NCBI GenBank assembly: GCA_937873385.1
Contig: CALMYC010000019.1
Location: forward strand, 1-52,072
Length of the DNA stretch: 52,072 nt
Direction: 5' to 3'
DNA from: an uncultured Flavobacteriales bacterium
GTDB lineage: Bacteria > Bacteroidota > Bacteroidia > Flavobacteriales_F > PHOS-HE28
In this document: positions 33,077 to 41,871 of the stretch, in pieces
Position numbering within the stretch: position 1 is the stretch's first letter
Layout: each line of letters begins with the position of its first letter
Program-made: the position numbers and the translations under genes
The notes under the pieces: generated by a model
The model's database searches: none
What the model was told of the DNA's origin: nothing
What the model saw: the letters and a program-made list of their open reading frames with translations, nothing else

Positions 33077-35491
33077 TCACGCCCCACACATCTCGCACCC
33101 CTCCGGATCATCCAGCGAGCAGGCGATCCCGGCCTTCGCCAATTCCTCGGCGGAGGTTTGTTCCTGGACCTGTTCCGCTGAGACCTTTTCGGTTGCAGGC
33201 AAAGCCAGTTTACTCTTGTCCAAAGTAAACTTGATCGCGTCGGTGGCAGCCTTGGTGCGCAGGTAGTACATGCCGGTCTTCAGGCCGCTTTTCCAGCTGT
33301 GGAAGTGCATGCTGGTGAGCTTGGCGAAGTTCACGTTCTCCATGAAGACGTTGAGGCTCTGGCTTTGGCAGATGTAGGCCCCGCGGTCGGCGCTCATGTC
33401 GATGATGGTCTTCTGGCTGATCTCCCAGGCGGTCTTGTACAGCTCCTTCAGGTTCTGCGGGATCTCCGCGATGTGCTGCACGCTGCCGTTGCCCTGGATG
33501 ATCTTGTTCTTCATCTCATCGCTCCACAGGCCGAGCTTCACCAGGTCGCGCAGCAGGTATTTGTTCACCACGATGAATTCGCCGCTGAGCACGCGCCGCG
33601 TGTAGAGGTTGCTGGTGTAGGGCTCGAAGCATTCGTTGTTGCCCAGGATCTGCGCGGTGCTGGCCGTGGGCATGGGCGCCACCAAAAGGCTGTTGCGGAT
33701 GCCGTGCTGCTTGATCTCGTCGCGCAGGATGTCCCATTCCCAGCGGTCGCTGGGCTTCACCCCGGATGAGGCTCCGGGGCTTCGCCACATATCGAACTGC
33801 AGGATGCCTTTGCTGGCGGGGCTTCCGGTGTAGGTCTCGTAGGGGCCTTCCTCCTTGGCGAGCTCCTTGCTGGCGGTGAGGGCGGCGTAGTAGATGGTCT
33901 CGAAGATCTCGCGGTTCAGCACCTTGGCCTCCACGCTTTCGAAGGGGTGGCGCATCAGGATGAAGGCGTCCGCGAGGCCCTGCACGCCGATCCCGATGGG
34001 GCGGTGGCGCATGTTGCTGCGGCGCGCCTCGGGCACGGGGTAGTAGTTGCGGTCGATCACGCGGTTCAGGTTCTTCGTCACCTCCATGGTGACCTCGAAG
34101 AGCTTCTGGTGGTTGAACTTGCCCTTCTCCACGAACTTCGGCAGCGCGATGCTGGCCAGGTTGCACACGGCCACTTCGTCGGGCGCGGTGTATTCGATGA
34201 TCTCGGTGCAGAGGTTGCTGCTCTTGATGGTGCCGAGGTTCTGCTGGTTGCTCTTGCGGTTGGCGCTGTCCTTGAAGAGGATGTAGGGCGTGCCGGTCTC
34301 GATCTGGCTTTCCAGGATCTTGAACCAGAGGTCCTGCGCCTTCATGGTCTTGCGGCCCTTGCCCTCGCGCTCGTACTGCTCGTAGAGCGCTTCGAACTTT
34401 TCGCCCCAGTTGTCGCCCAGGCCGGGGCATTCGTTGGGGCACATCAGCGTCCAGTCGCCGTTCTGCTCCACGCGCTGCATGAAGAGGTCGGGGATCCACA
34501 GGGCGTAGAAGAGGTCGCGGGCGCGCATCTCCTCCTTGCCGTGGTTTTTCTTCAGGTCCAGGAAGGCCTCCACGTCGGCGTGCCAGGGCTCGAGGTAGAC
34601 GGCGAAGCTGCCCTTGCGCTTTCCGCCGCCCTGGTCCACGTAGCGGGCGGTGTCGTTGAACACGCGCAGCATGGGCACGATGCCGTTGCTGGTGCCGTTG
34701 GTGCCCTTGATGTAGCTGCCGGTGGCGCGCAGGTTGTGGATGCTGAGGCCGATGCCGCCGGCGCTCTGGCTGATCTGGGCGCACTGCTTGAGGGTGTCGT
34801 AGATGCCGCTGATGCTGTCGTCCTTCAGTTGCAGCAGGAAGCAGCTGCTCATCTGCGGCTTGGGCGTGCCGGCGTTGAAGAGCGTGGGCGTGGCGTGGGT
34901 GTACCAGCCTTCGCTGAGGCTGTTGTAGGTCTGGATGGCGCTGTCGATGTCGGCCCCATGGATGCCTACGGCCACGCGCATCAGCATGTGCTGTGGGCGC
35001 TCGGCCACTTTGCCGTCCAGCTTCAGCAGGTAGCCGCGCTCCAGGGTCTTGAAGCCGAAGTAGTCGTACCGGAAGTCGCGGTCGTAGATGATGGCGCTGT
35101 CCAGCGTTTCGGCGTTCTTCCGGATCAGTTCATGGATGTCGTCCGCCAGCAGGGGCGCGTGCTCGCCGGTCTTCGGGTCGATGTAGTCGTAGAGGTCCTG
35201 CATGGTGTCGCTGAAGGACTTCTTGGTGTTCTTGTGCAGGTTGCTCACGGCGATGCGGCTGGCGAGCTGCGCATAGTCGGGGTGCTTCACCGTCATGGTG
35301 GCGGCCACCTCGGCGGTGAGGTTGTCCAGCTCGGTGGTGGTGACGCCGTCGAAGATGCCGTCGATCACCTTCAGGGTGACCTGGGTGGCGTCCACGATGG
35401 GGTCCAGCCCGTAGCAGAGCTTCTTTACCCGTGCGGTGATCTTGTCGAATTTCACCGCCTCCCGGCGGCCGTCGCGTTTGATGACGTACAT
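33077..35491 (-). CDS. nrdA: Ribonucleoside-diphosphate reductase alpha subunit (class Ia)
   Basis: An N-terminal ATP-cone ([16 protein letters not shown]), NLCTEI, the C-terminal [14 protein letters not shown] redox tail, and full-length similarity to the NrdA pattern. Confidence 0.95.
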   Translation of the reverse strand: MYVIKRDGRREAVKFDKITARVKKLCYGLDPIVDATQVTLKVIDGIFDGVTTTELDNLTAEVAATMTVKHPDYAQLASRIAVSNLHKNTKKSFSDTMQDLYDYIDPKTGEHAPLLADDIHELIRKNAETLDSAIIYDRDFRYDYFGFKTLERGYLLKLDGKVAERPQHMLMRVAVGIHGADIDSAIQTYNSLSEGWYTHATPTLFNAGTPKPQMSSCFLLQLKDDSISGIYDTLKQCAQISQSAGGIGLSIHNLRATGSYIKGTNGTSNGIVPMLRVFNDTARYVDQGGGKRKGSFAVYLEPWHADVEAFLDLKKNHGKEEMRARDLFYALWIPDLFMQRVEQNGDWTLMCPNECPGLGDNWGEKFEALYEQYEREGKGRKTMKAQDLWFKILESQIETGTPYILFKDSANRKSNQQNLGTIKSSNLCTEIIEYTAPDEVAVCNLASIALPKFVEKGKFNHQKLFEVTMEVTKNLNRVIDRNYYPVPEARRSNMRHRPIGIGVQGLADAFILMRHPFESVEAKVLNREIFETIYYAALTASKELAKEEGPYETYTGSPASKGILQFDMWRSPGASSGVKPSDRWEWDILRDEIKQHGIRNSLLVAPMPTASTAQILGNNECFEPYTSNLYTRRVLSGEFIVVNKYLLRDLVKLGLWSDEMKNKIIQGNGSVQHIAEIPQNLKELYKTAWEISQKTIIDMSADRGAYICQSQSLNVFMENVNFAKLTSMHFHSWKSGLKTGMYYLRTKAATDAIKFTLDKSKLALPATEKVSAEQVQEQTSAEELAKAGIACSLDDPEGCEMCGA

Positions 35492-35540
35492 GCTTTGTTG
35501 GTTGTGTTGATCCTCCCTGTGGGCTCCCGCTTTCAGTGAG

Positions 35541-35784
35541 GGTTGTTAGTTGTCAGTTGTCAGTTGTCAGGCTTGCCGCGATGTGCGTCGCGCTTGGAAA
35601 GGTGGTGATCATACCAAGGGCCTTGCGACGCATCGCTGTTGCTCTTTCAACGGTGCCTTGTTCGTCTGTTTGTTTTCCTGTCGGCAGTTGGCTCTTCGTC
35701 AGTGGCTTGCGGCATATCGTCAGCAGTAACTGCGATACCCCCCTAACAACCGACAACCGACAACCAACAACTGACAACTATTCC
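35541..35784. repeat. Heptad-hairpin element B in the nrdB-nrdA spacer
   Basis: The left array is ggttgtt agttgtc agttgtc agttgtc (35541-35568). The right inverted array is taacaac cgacaac cgacaac caacaac tgacaac (35744-35778), followed by tattcc. The ~175-nt core has nested stems (gcgatgtgcgtcgc/gcgacgcatcgc; cttgg/ccaag). Confidence 0.85.
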
Positions 35785-35788
35785 TCAC

Positions 35789-36847
35789 CTAAAAATCCGC
35801 ATCCAGCGAAAACTTCTGCCCCTCCTTGTTCGTGTTCATCACCCCGGCCTTCTGGTACTCGCCCACGCGCTTCTCGAAGAAGTTGGTCTTGCCCTGCAGG
35901 CTGATCATCTCCATGAAGTCGAAGGGGTTGGTGGCGTTGTACACCTTTTCGTTGCCCAGCTCCACCAGTAGGCGGTCGGCCACGAATTCGATGTACTGCT
36001 GCATCAGCTTGGCGTTCATGCCGATGAGGTTCACGGGCAGGGCGTCGGTGACGAACTCTTTTTCAATCTCCACCGCGTCGGTGATGATCTTCTCCACGGT
36101 CTTCTTGTTGAGCTTGCCCTTGAGGTGCTTGGTGTAGAGCAGGCAGGCGAAGTCGCAGTGCAGGCCCTCGTCGCGGCTGATCAGCTCATTGCTGAAGGTG
36201 AGGCCGGGCATCAGGCCGCGCTTTTTCAGCCAGAAGAGGCTGCAGAAGCTGCCGCTGAAGAAGATGCCCTCCACGGCGGCGAAGGCCACCAAGCGCTCGG
36301 CGAAGCTGCCCTTGTCGATCCAGTTCAGGGCCCAGTCGGCCTTCTTCTTCACGCAGTCCATGGTGTCGATGGCGCGGAAAAGCTTGTCCTTCTCGAAAGT
36401 GTCCTTGATGTAGGTGTCGATCAGCAGGCTGTATGTCTCGCTGTGGATGTTCTCGATGGCGATCTGGAAGCCGTAGAAGAAGCGGGCCTCGGTGTACTGC
36501 ACCTCATGGAGGAAGTTCTCGGCGAGGTTCTCGTTCACGATGCCGTCACTGGCGGCGAAGAAGGCGAGCACGTGCTTGATGAAGAAGCGCTCATCGTCGT
36601 TGAGCTTGTCGTTCCAGTCGGTGAGGTCGGGGCTCATGTCGATCTCCTCGGCGGTCCAGAAGCTGGCCTCATGCTTCTTGTAGAAGGCCCAGATGTCGCT
36701 GTGCTGGATCGGGAAGAGGACGAAGCGGTCCTTGTTCTCCATGAGCAAGGGCTCGTGTGCGTGCTCGGTATGCTTGGCGAGGGTGCCGTCCATGCTGAGT
36801 TGTTCGTCCTTCATTTCGGTCTTTGCCAGGGTATTGTTCGGGGTCAT
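35789..36847 (-). CDS. nrdB: Ribonucleoside-diphosphate reductase beta subunit (class Ia)
   Basis: Di-iron/tyrosyl radical motifs (FWTAEEID..., ...ENIHSETYS..., EGIFFSGSF..., SRDEGLH) and the C-terminal ...FSLDADF tail. Confidence 0.95.
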   Translation of the reverse strand: MTPNNTLAKTEMKDEQLSMDGTLAKHTEHAHEPLLMENKDRFVLFPIQHSDIWAFYKKHEASFWTAEEIDMSPDLTDWNDKLNDDERFFIKHVLAFFAASDGIVNENLAENFLHEVQYTEARFFYGFQIAIENIHSETYSLLIDTYIKDTFEKDKLFRAIDTMDCVKKKADWALNWIDKGSFAERLVAFAAVEGIFFSGSFCSLFWLKKRGLMPGLTFSNELISRDEGLHCDFACLLYTKHLKGKLNKKTVEKIITDAVEIEKEFVTDALPVNLIGMNAKLMQQYIEFVADRLLVELGNEKVYNATNPFDFMEMISLQGKTNFFEKRVGEYQKAGVMNTNKEGQKFSLDADF

Positions 36848-37213
36848 GCCAGGATGGAATAGTTGTCGATCGGTCGCCAGACAAAAATGGTCCGCAGCAC
36901 CGGCGGAAGGCGCTCCGGGTTATCCCGAGTTTTGAACACGGGCCGCAAGGCCGCATGGATCGTGGGCGGGGACGATCGGGGATCTTTGCAAGGGGAAGTT
37001 TTCACGATCCGTCAACGATCGGGAGGAGGGCCTCTCACGCAGAGGCGCAGAGACGCGGAGAAATGCAAATTCCCGGAAGAACCCGAAGTCACGGAGAAAC
37101 CCAAGGGAAAGTTCCGCGCACCCCCTCCGGTCCGTCGAGTGGGCTACATGCAAGCGTTACGCATAGGTGGGCCGGAAGCCCTAACAGATCCATTCACATG
37201 CCTGCGGCATGCA

Positions 37214-37264
37214 GGCTCGGCAAAAAGCCGAGCGATTGCTCGCGTTGGGAACGCGGGCGAGTGT
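37214..37264. repeat. REP modules (same family as the 28.4-28.8 kb field)
   Basis: ggctcggcaaaaagccgagcgattgctcgcgttgggaacgcgggcgagtg. It lies between nrdB's long upstream region and the low-GC orphan gene. Confidence 0.7.
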
Positions 37265-37281
37265 GAATGGCTATCCCAGCA

Positions 37282-38271
37282 CTATTGTCTTGAGATGGTT
37301 GCGATCAACTGCTTGAACCGACCAAGGTTCTGCTCGTGGTCCGAACTTGAAGTGCCTGAACACATCACGACCATTCCTCCAAGGTTGATTGCATGCAGGT
37401 ATAACATGATCGGGGCCTCGTTCAACTTCCCATAGAGCTCAACTCCATAAGAAGGGAATCCGTTTACCTTTTCATGGGACACATGCTCCGTACTGGAACG
37501 AATAAGTCCTTTGGATTCCAAGCCATCAATTTGCTTCATCACTACTTCCTCACAGCTGCTCCCCGATGGTAATGGCACTGGCATTGCCATGAACATTGGT
37601 CCGCGATTATCCCCAGCTACGGAATCACTACTAAGCATGAATACCCAAGCTCCTCCTGCGCGCTTCGAAAACTTCAGATCAGTATGGCGGTCATCCATAC
37701 GAAAGTAGGTCCCTTCGAATCTGCCTACCACAGAAGCTTTGTCATACTTCACCGTGCTAAGCGCCAGAGCCATCCGGGCATCCATCACTTTATCGAAGGT
37801 TTTGCTAACCGTGGAAATTAGCACTGAGAATGTACTGTCTCCGAACACGAGCTGTCGTGATACCGTCCCATTGACCGGGCTTTTCACCACAGAGCGTATC
37901 GCGGAATATCCGTCCTGAGTGGTCCGCTCCAACTCCAACACTTCAAGTCCCTTTCTTTCGAATGCCGCCTTGGAATAATTCCGGGTATTGCTTTGGAAGT
38001 CCCCGCCGGGTATGTCCATCCCCAGAATAGCGTCATCCGGACCCGCCTCCAATCCGCTGAACGATTTCGATTGTGAAAATCCAGATGGGATGGACATCAG
38101 CACATGCGTGCCCAAAATGCGTTCAGGCGTTTTCATCGTCTGGACCACATTTATTTCGCCCTGTGTTGGCGGCGGCGGAACATCCTGTGCCCATGCTATG
38201 TGGCAGCACACTAAGCCCAAGGTCATCGTCAAAACAGGTGACCGGGGAGAATCAACCTTCGAATGAAACAT
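37282..38271 (-). CDS. Hypothetical secreted protein (lower-GC orphan)
   Basis: A long ORF. The likely start is ATG 38226 (MTLGLVCCHIAWAQ signal-like) rather than 38271. No family recognised. Confidence 0.55.
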   Translation of the reverse strand: MFHSKVDSPRSPVLTMTLGLVCCHIAWAQDVPPPPTQGEINVVQTMKTPERILGTHVLMSIPSGFSQSKSFSGLEAGPDDAILGMDIPGGDFQSNTRNYSKAAFERKGLEVLELERTTQDGYSAIRSVVKSPVNGTVSRQLVFGDSTFSVLISTVSKTFDKVMDARMALALSTVKYDKASVVGRFEGTYFRMDDRHTDLKFSKRAGGAWVFMLSSDSVAGDNRGPMFMAMPVPLPSGSSCEEVVMKQIDGLESKGLIRSSTEHVSHEKVNGFPSYGVELYGKLNEAPIMLYLHAINLGGMVVMCSGTSSSDHEQNLGRFKQLIATISRQ

Positions 38272-38398
38272 AAGACTGCGATGTGGTTATTGTACCAAAT
38301 TGAAAGAGGAAGCCATCAGCTTCTTCGTGAAGTAGGACAAAGTTCCCGATTTCACCCTTTCTACGGCACGAAATGTTCTCGTCGAGCAGGAGCTTCAC
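38252..38398 (-). pseudogene. Truncated DUF5615-like (PIN-like) toxin remnant, 48 codons
   Basis: The GTG at 38398 overlaps the DUF433 stop (GTGA). It reads VKLLLDENISCRR..., the usual DUF5615 N-terminus, then diverges and stops at 38252 inside the start region of the next gene. About 110 aa would be expected. Confidence 0.45.
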
Positions 38399-38631
38399 GT
38401 GGCGCGCTTCAGGGTTTGTTCACGCTCTGGGGCGAAGGCGAGGCAGGCACGAATATCATCCTCCTTCAGCTGCGGGTATTCCGCCAGGATCTCCGCGTGG
38501 CTCATCCCGGCCGCCAACCAGCTCAGCACATCAAATACCGTGATGCGTGTGCCCCGGACGCAGGGCTTACCGAAGCGCCGTTCAGGATCAATGGTGATGA
38601 TCTGCCGATAATCCAAGGCTTCCATTCGCAC
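38395..38631 (-). CDS. DUF433 domain protein (antitoxin-like)
   Basis: DPERRFGKPCVRGTRITVFDVLSWLAAGMSHAEILAEYPQLKEDDIRACLAFA is the canonical DUF433 pattern. Confidence 0.85.
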   Translation of the reverse strand: MRMEALDYRQIITIDPERRFGKPCVRGTRITVFDVLSWLAAGMSHAEILAEYPQLKEDDIRACLAFAPEREQTLKRAT

Positions 38632-38658
38632 ACAGTTAGTGGATCCCGTTCCCGCAAA

Positions 38659-39240
38659 TTACTTCCCCTTCACCCACTCCCCGTACACCACCTCCAGTTC
38701 CGCATACCAATCCGCGCCGTACACCCGCGTCAGCGAGTCCTTCAGGAAGCGGAACACCGGCACGCCCAGCTCCGCGCCCAGCTTGCAGGCCGGGTCGCAG
38801 ATCTCCCACTGGTGGTAGTTGAGCGCGTCGTGGTACTTCAACCTCGTTACACGGATGGGATACAGGTGGCAGCTGATCGGCTTGTTGAAGGAGATCTTGC
38901 CGTCGTGGAAGGCCTGCTCGATGCCGCATTTCCATACGCCCTTCCGGTCCTTCTTCGCATACACGCACTCGGCGTATTCCTGCACGATGGGCGTAACCAG
39001 CTCGCCGTCCATGTCCACCACGCTGGTGCAGCCCTGGTCCTTCACGCTTTTTTTGCCGCGCGCCGTCATGTAGGGTTCGATGGCGGCGTAGTGCTGGTCG
39101 ATCAGCTTGGCTTCATCGGAAGTCAGTGGAGCACCGCTGTCGCCCACTTCGCAGCACGCCCCCTTGCAGGCATCCAGGTTGCAGACGAAGCGTTTCTCGA
39201 AGAGCTCTTCGGAGAGGAGGGTGCCGCGGTGTTCGATCAT
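38659..39240 (-). CDS. DUF3109 family Cys-rich protein
   Basis: CNLDACKGACCEVGDSGAPLT...KCGIE...ISCHLYPIR...WEICDPAC matches the DUF3109 pattern as I remember it. Confidence 0.75.
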   Translation of the reverse strand: MIEHRGTLLSEELFEKRFVCNLDACKGACCEVGDSGAPLTSDEAKLIDQHYAAIEPYMTARGKKSVKDQGCTSVVDMDGELVTPIVQEYAECVYAKKDRKGVWKCGIEQAFHDGKISFNKPISCHLYPIRVTRLKYHDALNYHQWEICDPACKLGAELGVPVFRFLKDSLTRVYGADWYAELEVVYGEWVKGK

Positions 39241-39659
39241 GATCTCAAACGAATAAACTCAGCCGGTGAAATGATCTTCGTTCCTTGGAATTCCTGCATG
39301 CTCAACAGGTCCTTGTCCCCGGAGACTAACAAATGGGCCTTCCCGTCCTGGCACAGCTCCAACACCTTGTCGTCAGCAGGGTCACGGCAAATGCGGACAC
39401 TGGATGTCACATCGACCTTTTCGCCTTGCGTTTGGATTGTTCTCAATAACTCAGCAACATCGGTTGATGCCACTTGACGCCTTATCCGTGGTCTATCCAG
39501 CACCTCCATCAATTCCTCGATCATGGCTTCGGAATACAACACTCAAGCATCCGGCTCCGACAGCAACGTACTCAACTTTGCGAAGGACCGGGTGAGCAAG
39601 TAGCTGACCCAGTCGTTCGTATCAACGACGAGCCTGTGGCTTCCGTGACGCTGCGGCAT
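39237..39659 (-). pseudogene. PIN-family toxin (TIGR00305-like) interrupted by an in-frame TGA
   Basis: The frame from ATG 39659 reads MPQRHGSHRLVVDTNDWVSYLLTRSFAKLSTLLSEPDA, then TGA (39543-39545). The same frame continues VLYSEAMIEELMEVLDRPRIRR...CRDPADDKVLELC...LLVSGDKDLL. I verified this codon by codon. Confidence 0.75.
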
Positions 39660-39867
39660 TGCGCTTCTTAGATCGGCGTACCGCCTTGATCTCGGCCATT
39701 ACCTCGTCCTGTGTCAGCGGTTGCTTCACCTTGGACCGGATATCCGCCATCACCTCCGCCAAGCTGCGCACCTTCTTGGGCCGCATGGTAATGATGCCCA
39801 TGCCTTGCAACTGCTCCAACAGCGCCTTGGCCTTTTTGCTGGTTACGTCCACCTCGAAGGTTTCCAT
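39622..39867 (-). CDS. Small antitoxin-like protein (81 aa) upstream of the PIN gene
   Basis: ORF 39622..39975 trimmed to the ATG at 39867 (METFEVDVTSKKAKALLEQLQGMGIITM...). The discarded N-terminus is a translation of the 7-nt repeat array. Confidence 0.55.
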   Translation of the reverse strand: METFEVDVTSKKAKALLEQLQGMGIITMRPKKVRSLAEVMADIRSKVKQPLTQDEVMAEIKAVRRSKKRNAAASRKPQARR

Positions 39868-39880
39868 GGTAGGCAAAGTT

Positions 39881-40079
39881 ACTGATTGGTGATTGGTGAT
39901 TGGTGAATGGTGATTGGTGGCTGGTGGCTGGTAGCTGGTGATTCGGCGTGTGCCGAACTCCTGGTGGTCTTTCATTCACTGATCACTTACGGCTGTTCAC
40001 CAATTCTTGATGGGTGACTGGGGATAACCGCAGCAGGTGCCGAGCGCGGCCAATCACCAATCACCAGCCACTATTCACC
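39881..40079. repeat. Heptad-hairpin element C (GGTGATT / AATCACC arrays)
   Basis: The left array has nine contiguous heptads: actgatt ggtgatt ggtgatt ggtgaat ggtgatt ggtggct ggtggct ggtagct ggtgatt (39881-39943). The right inverted array is aatcacc aatcacc agccact attcacc (40052-40079), after a ~108-nt spacer. Confidence 0.9.
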
Positions 40080-40157
40080 TACACGGAAAATTGAACCCTT
40101 CCGTGCATCTTTGCGCCAGCGGCGCTGAAGCTTTCCAGAGCGTACGCCCACCAAAGA

Positions 40158-41720
40158 ATGAGCAACCAGGAAGACCGCCTTAAAACCCTCATAGGCCATG
40201 CGAAAGAGTATGGCTTCGTGTTCCCCAGCAGCGAGATCTACGACGGCCTGAGCGCCACCTACGACTACGGCCCCTACGGCGTGGAGCTGAAGAACAACAT
40301 CCGCCGCTACTGGTGGGAGGCCATGACCAAGCTCAACGAGAACATCGTGGGCCTGGACGCCGCCATCTTCATGCACCCGCTCACCTGGAAGGCCAGTGGC
40401 CACGTGGATGCCTTCAACGACCCCTTGATCGACAACAAGGACAGCAAGAAACGCTACCGCGCCGACGTGCTGCTGGAAGAGCACATTGCCAAGTACGAGG
40501 ACAAGATCAACAAAGAGGTGGAGAAAGGCCGCAAGCGCTTCGCGGAGAGCTTTGATGAAGCGCAGTTCCGCGCCACCAACCCCAACGTGAAGCGCAGCCA
40601 GGACCGCATCGATGCAGTGGAAGGAAGGATGAAGGCCGCGCTGGAGGCCAACGACCTGGAGGCCCTGCGCCAACTGATCATCGACGAGGAGATCAAATGC
40701 CCCATCAGCGGCACCGCCAACTGGACCGAGGTGCGGCAGTTCAACCTGATGTTCGCCACCGAGCTCGGCAGCGTGAGCGGCGAAAGCAGCACCATCTACC
40801 TGCGGCCCGAAACGGCCCAAGGCATCTTCGTGAACTTCCTTAACGTGCAGAAGAGCGCACGCATGAAGATCCCCTTCGGCATCGCGCAGACCGGCAAGGC
40901 CTTCCGCAACGAGATCGTGGCGCGCCAGTTCGTTTTCCGCATGCGCGAGTTCGAGCAAATGGAGATGCAGTTCTTCGTAAAACCCGGCACCGAGATGCAG
41001 TGGTACGAAAGCTGGAAGGCGAAGCGCATCGCATGGCACAAGGCGCTCGGCATTACCGGGGAGCACTACCGCTTCCACGACCACATCAAGCTGGCGCACT
41101 ACGCCAACGCTGCCTGCGACATCGAGTTCAAGTTCCCCATGGGCTTCAAGGAACTCGCGGGCATCCACAGCCGCACCGATTTCGACCTCAGCAACCACGA
41201 AAAGCTCAGCGGCAAGAAGCTGCGCTACTTCGATACCGAGACCAATGAGAGCTACGTGCCCTACGTGGTGGAAACCTCCATTGGCCTGGACCGCATGTTC
41301 CTGGCCGTGCTGAGCGCGGCCTACGAGGAGGAGCAGATCCCCGCCAAGGATGGATCCACGGAGGAGGGCGGCGTGCGCACCGTGCTGCGCATCCCCGCGC
41401 CCTTGGCCCCGGTGAAGGTGGCCGTGCTGCCGCTGATCAAGAAGGACGGCCTGCCGGAGAAAGCCCGCGCCATCATTGACACGCTGAAGCTGGAGCACAA
41501 CTGCCAGTACGATGAGAAGGACAGCATCGGCAAGCGCTACCGCCGACAGGATGCCATCGGCACGCCCTACTGCATCACCGTGGACCATGAAACGCTGAAG
41601 GACGGTGCCGTCACCATCCGCGAGCGCGACAGCATGGCGCAGGAACGGGTGCCCATTGAGCACCTGGGCCGCATCGTCGGCGACATGGTGGATTTGCGCG
41701 GCTTGCTGCGGAAGTTGTGA
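40158..41720 (+). CDS. glyQS: Glycine--tRNA ligase (homodimeric class II type)
   Basis: GFVFPSSEIYDGLSATYDYGPYGVELKNNI..., FRNEI.PR.GLFRxREFEQME-type motif 2, and a C-terminal anticodon-binding domain. Length is 520 aa. Confidence 0.95.
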   Translation: MSNQEDRLKTLIGHAKEYGFVFPSSEIYDGLSATYDYGPYGVELKNNIRRYWWEAMTKLNENIVGLDAAIFMHPLTWKASGHVDAFNDPLIDNKDSKKRYRADVLLEEHIAKYEDKINKEVEKGRKRFAESFDEAQFRATNPNVKRSQDRIDAVEGRMKAALEANDLEALRQLIIDEEIKCPISGTANWTEVRQFNLMFATELGSVSGESSTIYLRPETAQGIFVNFLNVQKSARMKIPFGIAQTGKAFRNEIVARQFVFRMREFEQMEMQFFVKPGTEMQWYESWKAKRIAWHKALGITGEHYRFHDHIKLAHYANAACDIEFKFPMGFKELAGIHSRTDFDLSNHEKLSGKKLRYFDTETNESYVPYVVETSIGLDRMFLAVLSAAYEEEQIPAKDGSTEEGGVRTVLRIPAPLAPVKVAVLPLIKKDGLPEKARAIIDTLKLEHNCQYDEKDSIGKRYRRQDAIGTPYCITVDHETLKDGAVTIRERDSMAQERVPIEHLGRIVGDMVDLRGLLRKL

Positions 41721-41871
41721 TCCGGGATCATCGGCCATTGGGCTGATCTGTGCTTCCGTAAAGTGGACAGCGCGTTCCGTTGCCGGAAACAATGTAGCCT
41801 TTCCTGAATCCTGCGCCGTTGTTTTTCCGCATCTGCCCCTACCTTCGGAAAGTACAACAACTACCGAAGCC

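Noticed and set aside
35536-35904. ORFs 35536..35904 (+) and 35553..35777 (-) in the nrdB-nrdA spacer, and ORFs 36823..37266, 36863..37435 and 36920..37153 upstream of nrdB.
   Set aside because: They run through heptad arrays, octamer repeats and REP modules (translations such as SCQLSVV or FLRVSAPLRE). They also overlap the nrdB end and have no protein-like features.
35492-37281. Whether a cobalamin riboswitch or NrdR boxes control nrdB/nrdA.
   Set aside because: On the mRNA strand I found only an isolated GCCACTG. It lacks the ordered GGGAA...GGTG..AA..CC...B12-box elements. I found no pair of AT-rich 16-bp NrdR-type palindromes. A covariance-model scan would be needed to be certain.
39543-39545. 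Whether stop-codon reassignment (TGA or TAG read as sense) explains the in-frame stops at 39543 and 46337.
   Set aside because: TGA, TAG and TAA all terminate conserved housekeeping genes in this window at their expected lengths (for example murF-alr, tdk, nrdB, glmS). The tRNA-like element at 32074-32146 offers no UCA or CUA anticodon in any plausible loop.
39868-39975. N-terminal extension of ORF 39622..39975 (MKDHQEFGTRRITSYQPPATNHHSPITNHQS...).
   Set aside because: This part is a translation of the strictly 7-nt periodic array. A 7-nt period is incompatible with selection on a reading frame. The internal ATG at 39867 gives a compact 81-aa protein.
39881-40079. Whether the periodic arrays here, at 35541-35784 and at 27656-27785 are CRISPR arrays.
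   Set aside because: The 7-nt units are contiguous with no spacers, and the 34-nt REP units are also contiguous. No unique spacers, leader or cas genes are present.
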